A DNA stretch of 64,000 nucleotides. Source: Macrostomum lignano (Eukaryota). Shown piece after piece: positions 48,840 to 59,899 of the stretch (positions within the stretch are counted from its first letter, which is position 1; each line of letters begins with the position of its first letter). The DNA lies in contig NIVC01000701.1 in NCBI GenBank assembly GCA_002269645.1, positions 126,176 to 190,175 on the forward strand, in the 5' to 3' direction. The notes beneath the pieces were generated by a model. It saw nothing but the letters and a program-made list of their open reading frames with translations. It made no database searches and was not told the DNA's origin. The position numbers and the translations under genes were made by a program.

Positions 48840-51585
48840 GATAGATGCTTTCTATCTGGGGGGATGCTTACTATCTGGGGGGATGCTTGCTATCTGGGGG
48901 GATGCTTGCTATCTGGGGGGATGCTTGCTATCTGGGGGGGATGCTTGCTATCTGGAGGGATGCTTTCTATCTGGGGGGATGCTTTCTATCTGGAGGGATG
49001 CTTGCTATTTGGGGGGATGCTTGATATCTGGGGGGATGCTTGCTATCTGGGGGGATGCTTTCTATCTGGGGGGATGCTTTCTATCTGGGAGAATTCTTGC
49101 TATCTGGAGGGTTGCTTACTATCTGGAGGGTTGCTTACTATCTGGAGGGATGCTTGCGATCTGGGAGGATGCTTTCTATCTGGAGGGATGCTTACTATCT
49201 GGGGGGATGCTTGCTATCTGGAGGGATGCTTCTATCTGGGTGGATGCTTGCTATCTGGGAGGATGCTTGCTATCTGGGAGGATGCTTGCTATCTGGGTGG
49301 ATGCTTGCTATCTAGGAGGATGCTTGCTATCTGGGGGGATGCTTGCTATCTGGGGGGATGCTTGCTATCTGGGGGGATGCTTGCTATCTGGGGGGATGCT
49401 TGCTATCTGGGGGGATGCTTGCTATCTGGAGGGATGCTTTCTATCTGGGGGGATGCTTTCTATCTGGAGGGATGCTTGCTATTTGGGGGGATGCTTGATA
49501 TCTGGGGGGATGCTTGCTATCTGGGGGGATGCTTGCTATCTGGAGGGATGCTTTCTATCTGGGGGGATGCTTTCTATCTGGGAGAATTCTTGCTATCTGG
49601 AGGGTTGCTTACTATCTGGAGGGATGCTTGCGATCTGGGAGGATGCTTTCTATCTGGAGGGATGCTTACTATCTGGGGGGATGCTTGCTATCTGGAGGGA
49701 TGCTTCTATCTGGGTGGATGCTTGCTATCTGGGAGGATGCTTGCTATCTGGAGGGATGCTTGCTATCTGGGGGATGCTTGCTATCTGGGAGGATGCTTGC
49801 TATCTGGGGGGATGCTTGCTATCTGGAGGGATGCTTGCGATCTGGGTGGATGCTTCTATCTGGGTGGATGCTTGCTATCTGGGTGGATACTTGCTATCTG
49901 GGAGGATGCTTGCTATCTGGGTGGATGCTTGCTATCTGGGGGGATGCTTGCTATCTGGAGGGATGCTTTCTATCTGGGGGGATGCTTTCTATCTGGAGGG
50001 ATGCTTGCTATCTGGGGGGATGCTTGCTATCTGGAGGGATGCTTTCTATCTGGGGGTATGCTTTCTATCTGGGAGAATTCTTGCTATCTGGAGGGTTGCT
50101 TACTATCTGGAGGGATGCTTGCTATCTGGGGGATGCTTGCTATCTGGGGGGATGCTTGCTATCTGGAGGGATGCTTGCGATCTGGGTGGATGCTTCTATC
50201 TGGGTGGATGCTTGCTATCTGGGTGGATACTTGCTATCTGGGAGGATGCTTGCTATCTGGGTGGATGCTTGCTATCTGGGGGGATGCTTGCTATCTGGAG
50301 GGATGCTTTCTATCTGGGGGGATGCTTGCTATCTGGAGGGATGCTTCTATCTGGGTGGATGCTTGCTATCTGGGAGGATGCTTGCTATCTGGAGGGATGC
50401 TTGCTATCTGGGGGATGCTTGCTATCTGGGAGGATGCTTGCTATCTGGGGGGATGCTTGCTATCTGGAGGGATGCTTGCGATCTGGGTGGATGCTTCTAT
50501 CTGGGTGGATGCTTGCTATCTGGGTGGATACTTGCTATCTGGGAGGATGCTTGCTATCTGGGTGGATGCTTGCTATCTGGGGGGATGCTTGCTATCTGGA
50601 GGGATGCTTTCTATCTGGGAGGATGCTTGCTATCTGGAGGGATGCTTCTATCTGGGTGGATGCTTGCTATCTGGGAGGATGCTTGCTATCTGGAGGGATG
50701 CTTGCTATCTGGGGGATGCTTGCTATCTGGGAGGATGCTTGCTATCTGGGGGGATGCTTGCTATCTGGAGGGATGCTTGCGATCTGGGTGGATGCTTCTA
50801 TCTGGGTGGATGCTTGCTATCTGGGTGGATACTTGCTATCTGGGAGGATGCTTGCTATCTGGGTGGATGCTTGCTATCTGGGTGGATACTTGCTATCTGG
50901 GGGGATGCTTGCTATCTGGAGGGATGCTTGCGATCTGGGAGGATGCTTTCTATCTGGAGGGATGCTTACTATCTGGGGGGATGCTTGCTATCTGGAGGGA
51001 TGCTTCTATCTGGGTGGATGCTTGCTATCTGGGAGGATGCTTGCTATCTGGAGGGATGCTTGCTATCTGGGGGATGCTTGCTATCTGGGAGGATGCTTGC
51101 TATCTGGGGGGATGCTTGCTATCTGGAGGGATGCTTGCGATCTGGGTGGATGCTTCTATCTGGGTGGATGCTTGCTATCTGGGTGGATACTTGCTATCTG
51201 GGAGGATGCTTGCTATCTGGGTGGATGCTTGCTATCTGGGGGGATGCTTGCTATCTGGAGGGATGCTTTCTATCTGGGGGGATGCTTTCTATCTGGAGGG
51301 ATGCTTGCTATCTGGGGGGATGCTTGCTATCTGGAGGGATGCTTTCTATCTGGGGGTATGCTTTCTATCTGGGAGAATTCTTGCTATCTGGAGGGTTGCT
51401 TACTATCTGGAGGGATGCTTGCTATCTGGGGGATGCTTGCTATCTGGGAGGATGCTTGCTATCTGGGGGATGCTTGCTATCTGGGAGGTTGCTTGCTATC
51501 TGGGGGATGCTTGCTATCTGGGAGGATGCTTGCTATCTGGGGGATGCTTGCTATCTGGGAGGATGCTTGCTATCTGGGAGATGTT
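48840..51585. repeat. 2.7-kb 17/18-bp satellite GGATGCTTGCTATCTGGG
   Basis: Tandem units. Almost no stop codons on the plus strand, which produces the spurious 700-958 aa ORFs. Confidence 0.97.
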
Positions 51586-51776
51586 TTCTATTAAGGGGGA
51601 ATGTCTGTTATCTTTGTGAAAACTGTTCTTATTTTCTTTCTGTTAAGTTTAGAAAAAGGAAAGAGATTCGTAGTAAACATCTTTGTCCGTGACAATTGTA
51701 CTCAGGTACTCAAGGTTCTTAAGAAATGTGCTTTTTTAATTGTTTTTCATGAATAATGTTTGCTCCTTGCTTATTG

Positions 51777-51808
51777 CGTGCCCCGAAGGGGGGCACTAGA
51801 TTGCTAGT
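51777..51808 (+). mobile_element. Helitron-type 3' terminus (hairpin + CTAG|T)
   Basis: GTGCCCC-GAAGG-GGGGCAC stem-loop followed 7 nt later by CTAG (51804-51807) and T. The 5' end was not identified. Confidence 0.55.
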
Positions 51809-53194
51809 CGTTTCGCTAAAAGTTTGCTAGTCGTCACATCTTAAAGTATCGCCCTAAACATTCTTAAAATCCCTCATACTCACAGAATCTGTGCTCATAT
51901 TCCACTTCAAGATGATTTACCTGATAGTCTGAATGATCTGAATAAAAAACACCATAGACAAAAAATTCGCTATAGAACAAGCGGCTAAAATAAAATATTA
52001 AGTGATAATCCATAGAAATAAAGACTTTCCGTGACAATATTTGCCTTCTCCGGGATTTTATTTGGTAATATTCAATAATATCCCGTAAAGTCTTTATGTC
52101 TATGGTTTATACGAGATTACACATGCCTTTTGAGGGAGTTATTTTCATAAATCCCTCGGGCCTCAGGCCCTCGTGATTTATACAAAAAACTCCCTCAAAA
52201 GGCATGTTTAATCTGATACTTAAAGCTTCCAGGGAATTTTCAGTCCTCGTTGAGCAAAGTCCAGCAATCGGATGCCAGCAACAGACCCTCCAAGCTCATT
52301 TGAGCAATCTGGGAGAGCTGCTACGGACAATCAGAAGGCAATGGACAGTGATAAAAAGGAATAAAACAAAGTCTAAGATGACCAAGCAATACTCGCCGAT
52401 AAAACAAATGTAGACGCGATGGTCCAAGTAGTTGTAGAGCTCGCTACACGATGAAGAGTGGAGGCTGTGGCTTGCTTAGAACTTGTCGAGTCAACCAAGC
52501 TTTATATAGGCGAGAACGCGATTTCTCAGCATCCGGCAAGAATTTGACTCCAGCACCAGCACAGACAGAGAGAGAGAGTGCTGGGGCGAAAACCTGTAAA
52601 CAAAGCGTCAAATAAACGCTAGCCAACCCCGCTTTTCGTGGAGGCTCTCGCGTTACATTTAATTAGACACCACAGTCTCAGTTGAAATCGAGACAGCCCA
52701 TTAGCCCTATTTGCCGCTCACCTGCATATAATTAAGCTCGACTTTGCCAGGCACTCATCATCATTTCCCTCAGCCTCTTTCCATCTACTGATTTTCCTAG
52801 CATAGATCCGGCCTTAATGGTAATTTACGAGACAGTTTCACCCTGCGGCTCGAATGCATAAAATAGTGCTGAGCCAAGCTACAAACTTGAGGTTTGCGAT
52901 GCTGTTTCCGCATTGGCACTCATTAATTAATGAGGTAGTGCTGCATCCCCAGTGCCGCAGAGACAACACGCGGAATTCTAACGCACTCTGTAAGATTATT
53001 TGCAAACAGCCTGTGAATTAAACACAGGCAGAAGGTAAGCAAGAAGGTAAGGCAGAAGAAGCACTGCAGAGTGCAAAGTACAGACAACAATTCCACTTAT
53101 TTGTGGCGAGAGCATCAAACCCCCGTCACTGATTAGCCAATTCAACAATTTTGCATCAGACCTTCAACTCAGACTAGAACCTGAAAATTTTCTT

Positions 53195-54030
53195 GGATTG
53201 AGGATCTTGGATAGAAGGCAGGTCTAGTCTGAGGATTTTGGATTGAATGGTAAAGTTCCAGTCTGATGATCTTGGATTGAATGGTAAAGTTCCAGTCTGA
53301 TGATCTTGGATTGAATGGTGAAGGTCCAGTCTGAGGATCTTTGATTGAATGGTGAAGGTCCAGTCTGATGATCTTGGATTGAATGGTAAAGTTCCAGTCT
53401 GATGATCTTGGATTGAATGGTGAAGGTCCAGTCTGAGGATCTTTGATTGAATAGTGAAGGTCCAGTCTAAGGATTTTGGATTGAATGGTAAAGTTCCAGT
53501 CTGAGGATCTTGGATTGAATGGTGAAGGTCCAGTCTGAGGATCTTGGATTGAATGGAAATCCTAGTCTGAGGATCTTGGATTGAATGGTGAAGGTCTAGT
53601 CTGAGGATCTTGGATTGAATGGTGAAGGTCCAGTATGAGGATTTTGGATAGAATGGAGGTCTAGTCTGAGGATCTTGGATTGAATGGTGAAGGTCCAGTC
53701 TAAGGATCTTGGATTGAATAGTGAAGGTCCAGTCTAAGGATCTTGGATTGAATGGTAGAGGCCTAGTCTGAGGATCTTGGATAGAATGGAGGTCCAGTTT
53801 AAGGATCTTAGATTGAATTTTTTGTATATTGGATAGTGAAGGTCCAGTCTGAGGATCTTGGATTGAATGGTAGAGGTCCAGTCTAAGGATCGTGGATTGA
53901 ATGATAAAGGTCCAGTCTAAGGATCTTGGATTTAATAGTAGAAGCCTAGTCTGAGGATCTTGGATAGAATGGAGGTCCAGTCTAAGGATCTTAGATTAAA
54001 TGCTAGAGGTCCAATCTGAAGATCTTAGAA
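53195..54030. repeat. 34-bp minisatellite GTCCAGTCTGAGGATCTTGGATTGAATGGTGAAG
   Basis: Tandem units with a 34-bp period. Confidence 0.93.
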
Positions 54031-54818
54031 TAAATTTTTGGATTGGCTTTCATGGGTATGAATTGCACAACAACACTTTAATTGGGTTGGTTAAAAGTAG
54101 TTGTTGGCTACAAGACCAAAATTAATATGATCATAAACAAAGTTGAACCATGGGATAGAGTTTATATTGAATGGATTCTTAAAAGAAATAATCTCAATCT
54201 AATCTAAGAGTTCTTAGATTGATTAAATACAATCTATAGGCCTACCTAAATATATTATTTAAAAGAAAAATATATATTGATAGCAATAGCTATTTGTAGC
54301 AAAAAGTTTTAAACAAAAGTTTCTTTTCAAATTTCTTGGAGTATATTACAATAATTGCTTAGTATAAAAAACATTTGCAAACAATAATTCAATAATCCAT
54401 GATTAAAAACTTTAATACTTTTTTAAGATGTTAGAATATTACAAAAAATTATAGTATAAAACTGTTTTGTTTTGAAAATCAGTTCATGCACTAGCAATCT
54501 ATGCACCCTGTTGGGGAGCCAAAGAAATGTAATACACATTTTTTAATAAGCTACATGTAGCCTTGAAATCTTAAAAAAATCTCCTGTCAAACTTCTAACC
54601 CTAACCCTAGGCCTAACCATAACCCTAAACCAAGGGGAAATAAATAAGAAAAAATATTTTAACATAGGGAATTAGCCAATAAAAGCTTCATGGAGACCTA
54701 GGGAGCTAATCATAGCCTCATTCTCATACAAATTTGCTATTGTTTGAGTTTCTAGGATTTAGCAGTTTTTATCTTAGCCTACCAATGCCTAAAGATTCAG
54801 GTTAGGGAGTCAGCTAAG

Positions 54819-55349
54819 TGTGAGTTCTTTAGTGGAGCCATGAGTTGTAACATTTAAACTTTTAAAAATATCTTGCTATATTTCTTGTTGTGAGCATATT
54901 GTCTTTAATATCTGCTATATTCTTTTTAGCAGCCCTGAATTAGTAGGCTTGCAAGTCTTTATTTATTGTTTAATCAAATAGACCTGGACTAAATGCCACT
55001 TAGTTGTTAATGCTCCACTTTTCCTAAAGCCTCAAATCTGAGCACAAAGTGCTTGCAACTGCTCAAGCACCCCTGTCTTTCCTCAAGATATTCCACTTGT
55101 TGTCTTAGCTTTAATTCCCTCCCTAAATTCTCTTTACTTACTTTATAGAAATCATATAAGCCTTGAATAAATAGTAAGTAAAAAATCACTTAATTTTGAC
55201 CATTTAGTTGAAGAATCTAATTTTATATGATCATCTATTAAATATTTATTATATGAATATGTAAACTAATTGTATATTTGATATACATTGATTGTAGGTA
55301 TGTTTTTATTCAACAATATTAATATACTTTACACTTTGTACAAAGATTT
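54819..55349 (+). repeat. ~540-bp dispersed duplication (copy at 58689-59236), flanked by a 97-bp direct repeat
   Basis: Near-identical to 58689-59236. The flanks 54721-54817 and 55375-55471 are identical to each other. Confidence 0.9.
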
Positions 55350-55972
55350 GTACACTTTGTACAAACAAAGATCCTTCTCATACAAATTTGCTATTGTTTG
55401 AGTTTCTAGGATTTAGCAGTTTTTATCTTAGCCTACCAATGCCTAAAGATTCAGGTTAGGGAGTCAGCTAAAACCACATAAAAATGTTTTAAAAAGGGCA
55501 AGAAAAGGGTCAGAAACGACTTTGTGAGGGCTACAGGTCACTCTGAATTTAAAACTAGACTTAGTTTGCTTGTAGTGCAAAAAAATTGAATTTTTATCGC
55601 GTGAGTTTTGTGCAACAAAAATAAAACCCCCGAAGTCTCTGCAAAATAAAAATTATGAAAAGTTATATTTTGTTGTGAGATTTATTGTATCGTTAAAATA
55701 AAAAATCATTCACAAAATATTTGTTTGAAATGGAATCTCCTTTAGTACCACTAAAGCCTTCACAAAAATGTGTAGACATGATTAACGCTTTGTAGAATTT
55801 ATGTTAGGCCCTACTCATAATAATAATATTAATACAATAATACATTTAGGTACTATGGGCGTATGGCCTATTTCTTTCATTTTCTATGCATTAGCGTCAC
55901 CTGAGGTTCTGAGCCAAAGCATTTGGATGCTCTGAGGTACTGCCTCCCTTTTTATTTAAGCTTAGCTTACCA

Positions 55973-56292
55973 CTATTAATAGGGGTAATGGCTAGAGTTC
56001 CGGCACTGGAACTCGTTTTCTAACAGCTAGGGATCCGGCAGTGCTGTATAGAAGCATATAAAGACTGCTAAGAACATATCTTAAGAAGTCTGAATATTAA
56101 AAGCATCTCGTCCCGAATCTTATCATATTGTCCATCTTAAATTTTAATCTAGAACAAAATCCTAATATCAGCCACCTGTAGAAAGAAAAATAGGCCTATA
56201 ATGTTCTATCTATATTATAATGGCACTGCCAGATCCATAGCCATTAAAAAATGGGTTCCGGTGCTAGAACTCTAGCCATTGCCATTAATAGG
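55973..56292. mobile_element. MITE with ~70-bp diverged terminal inverted repeats
   Basis: The left arm ctattaat..aatggctagagttccggcactggaac..ggatccggcagtgc aligns with the reverse complement of 56221-56292. Confidence 0.75.
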
Positions 56293-57129
56293 CCTATCCC
56301 ATACTTATAGGCCCTAGGCATAGCCAGTAGTCATCAAATAAAAGTTATAATAACAACAATAGTTTAGGCCTAGGGCCTAAGTTATCACTTATTAAGTTAT
56401 TTTAGGCCTAATTAATTTTAATTATATAGAAAGTTACTAAAATTGCTTTAATATTTACTTTGACTCTAGTCCTTGGACTTGCAATCTTAATTATACAATG
56501 ATATGATTATGCCATATTGCATAGAAATCTATTGTTTGGGTCATTAACCTTACGTAGGGACTTTAAGAGTTTTCCTTGCAGTGAATAGGCCTTAATTTTA
56601 ATGTTATTGATAGCATTCATTTTAATTATAGCCTAGCCTTTATTGCCTTAACTTGAATATTAGATGATTTGTCAAAACCATTTTGGCAAAAGTTTATTTA
56701 TTCAATTTATGATTTACTAAATTTTAAAACTCAATTTGCTAAAAACCCATCTTAATCTTAATCTTCTAAATCTTCAATCTCTTCTTCAATCTTCAATCTT
56801 ATTTATTATTTAAAGTTAATTCAAATAATAATATTTAGTATCAATGGTACAAAGGGTAGGCCTATCTCAAAAGTTTGTGCAATTGATTGATTTCTATCAT
56901 AGATATCACTTTAGTAGGCCTAGCTATAGTTATTATCACAGTGGCCCTGTGGCTAGTAGCAATAATTTTCTATATACTTGAGATAGGCCTATTTGTATTT
57001 TTCCTATATTGCTACTAGTGTAATTCTTCTCACTATTGTTTTCCCTCCTTGGCCTTGGCCAATATTGCAAGGGGAAATATGACCTATAGAACAAGTAGCA
57101 ATGTTATATCAAAACTGAATAGCTACAAG

Positions 57130-57360
57130 GAATGTTAGCTAAGCCCTATACAAGTCCATTAGCAACTTATAGATGCATATGGCAAGGATGCACTATGTCA
57201 ACATGCTATATGCAAGCAATAAAATTGGTTTAAAAGTGGCAGAACTTAGTGAAATTCCTTTATCTACCATCTAACCAATTTTTTTACAAAGGACTTGAGG
57301 TTGCCAGTATCAATACCTAAATAAGTTCTTTAAGATTGGCTGACTTCTAAAACACCAAGG
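57130..57360 (+). pseudogene. Decayed Tc1/mariner transposase N-terminal fragment
   Basis: One frame reads LSPIQVH*QLIDAYGKDALCQHAICKQ*NWFKSGRT**...FTKDLRLPVSIPK*VL*DWLT. This resembles the mariner HTH (EIHxxLxxxYGxxA...WxxxFKSGR) followed by the DLxxxKxxxxWVPxxLT linker. Confidence 0.6.
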
Positions 57361-59844
57361 TGATTTGGGTATTGCAAACAGCATTTAGAAGTTGCCCAAG
57401 TGCTAGGAACAAACCATTATATACATTGCATCATATTATGAATCCCTGTGAAAAATCATCTTATTGTGATATTAGGGGCCTAGTCAAACTACAACATAAT
57501 TGCATAAACTTTTGGGATGGCATTAAATTGCATTATCAATTGCAAATCACTTCTTTTTGTTAATGTTGCTTTTTTGCATATAAGGGAAAATAATATAACA
57601 ATGGCAATTTGTGACTGCAGGTAGGCAAAACTATATTAAAAGATACTTTCAATGAAATATGCAAATGTGTATATATAATATAGATCACTGCAAGATAGAT
57701 ATTTTTTGGTAAAAGAACTTGCTTTTAGCAAATTGACTTGCTATCCCCTTATGTCTAACTATATTTTGCTATAATGTATATATTGCTTTTTTGCTTAAAT
57801 CTTTAAAACCACACTTTTTTAGTATTAAAAGCAAAAACATTAATCTTAGCTATAGTTTGACAAGTATAATAATAAGTAGAGGTCAAATAGGATCTTGATC
57901 CAAATCCTAAAGTCTTAGGATCCCAAAAAAATTGTATTTCTATGGGATTAGGACCCTATCTCTAAATGTAACAGGTAGGATTTTTTGCGTCCTGCCTATA
58001 CCTTCTGCTCACATTGGATAACAAAGAATTGAACTCAAAACAGTTTTTCTAGGCCTAGGCTGCTATGGTCTACAGCCCAGCCAAGGCAATAGCCATGCCT
58101 TTGGGCCCACAGATATGGGTGAGAGAAAAGTGAAGCAAGTGCCTCCACTGTCTCTCCTTTTTATTTAAAACACTAAAGAACATGTGCATGGGAATATAAA
58201 CTCTTATAGGCTATATAGAACAAAATGCAAATTATGCAGCAAGTTTTAGGTGCAGCTATCCTTTGCAAATATGATTGCATTTTATGCAGCTCATACTAAA
58301 AATAAAAATTAGAAATATGTTTTTAATTCAAAATATAGAATTAATAATTACTTAACTATATTTTGTTTTAGCATGTACTTGTTATATTTTACCTATTGAT
58401 CTTGATAACAAGTTTGTTCAGAATTGTTCAACTCTATGTGGACCCATAAACTAAGTATACTAAAAAATAAGAGTTGATCCCAACTCCCAAATCCTAATCC
58501 CAATCCTAAATCTAAAAAGGAACTATTCATAATCCTAATCTTGCCCAATAACTTTAATCCTCAGTCAGTAATATTCTTACCTCTCTACTTATCAGTCATT
58601 TGCCAGTAGTGCTAATTGATAGTTAAATAAATTTATTCAAAATAAATTGTTATCAAAGCAATTTTAAATATGGACTAGTTGCCATATATGTGAGTTCTTT
58701 AGTGGAGCCATGAGTTGTAACATTTAAACTTTTAAAAATAAAAGTTGTATATAAGTTGTATTGCTATATTTCTTATTGTGAGCATATTGTATTTAATATC
58801 TGCTATATCTTTTTAGCAGCCCTGAATTAGTAGGCTTGCAAGTCTTTATTTATTGTTTAATCAAATAGACCTGGACTAAATGCCACTTAGTTGTTAATGC
58901 TCCACTTTTCCTAAAGCCTCAAATCTGAGCACAAAGTGCTTGCAACTGCTCAAGCACCCCTGTCTTTCCTCAAGATATTCCACTTGTTGTCTTAGCTTTA
59001 ATTCCCTCCCTAAATTCTCTTTACTTACTTTATAGAAATCATATAAGCCTTGAATAAATAGTAAGTAAAAAATCATTTAATTTTGACCATTTAGTTGTAG
59101 AATCTAATTTTATATGATCATCTATTATATATTTATTATATGAATATGCAAACTAATTGTATATTTGATATTCATTGATTGTAGGTATGTTTTTATTCAA
59201 CAATATTAATATACTTTACACTTTGTACAAAGATTTCAGTATCAAATAGTTGTTAAAATGCATTTTTAAGCTTTTAATTATATAGTTCAACAAAAATTAT
59301 TACTTGTTTAATTCTATCTTCTTCATAGGAATCATCCTATCTATAGGTATTAGAGGTGTAACACTTGGGCAAAATATGTTACAATTTGATAAAAGGCTTA
59401 GAAGGAATAAAAGACTAAAAAGTTAGAGTTTGAAAAGTCAAGAGTGTTATGGATTATGGGCTTATAGCTCATAAATGAAGGCATAAATAACAATATAAAT
59501 AAATAAGGTAGACTTTTAGCTAGCTAAAAGGTCTGGGCCTATCTGACATAGCCAAATATTTGTAGAAACTGTATAGTTGTACAATAGGGATATTAAGAGT
59601 TTGTCCCAAAGTGCAAAGTACACTATGCATACATAGTAGTCCTACAATGTATTTATATATTGTATTGCTTTACCTATTATATGTGCTATACTAAATGTTG
59701 TATTTTCATGCTCTAAATATATTATTTATAATGAAATAATGATATACAACTTTATAATGATAGCTGGTTGGCAAGAACTGTTTGTAAATATTATTGTTGA
59801 ATTTCTATTCACCAATTTCAGCTTGTCGCTTTTCCCGCCAGACC

Positions 59845-59896
59845 CATTGGCCAATCAAGCAGCGGCAGCAAGCAGCAATAGCGCAGCATATTTATA
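59845..59896 (+). promoter_or_regulatory. Candidate NCoR promoter element: double CCAAT box plus TATTTATA
   Basis: CATTGGCCAATCA at 59845-59857, at the boundary between CpG-free and CpG-rich DNA. Confidence 0.4.
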
Positions 59897-59899
59897 GCC

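Noticed and set aside
48816-51692. ORFs of 958, 918 and 701 aa
   Set aside because: They are translations of an 18-bp satellite that lacks stops, open in all three plus frames, with no domain content.
54594-54631. Interstitial telomere (CCCTAA)n
   Set aside because: Only about six degenerate units. Such tracts are common inside non-autonomous elements.
55007-55189. Duplicated 60-aa ORF (also 58894-59076) as a gene pair
   Set aside because: It lies within the local 540-bp duplication in decayed, stop-rich DNA, with no expression signals or known motif.
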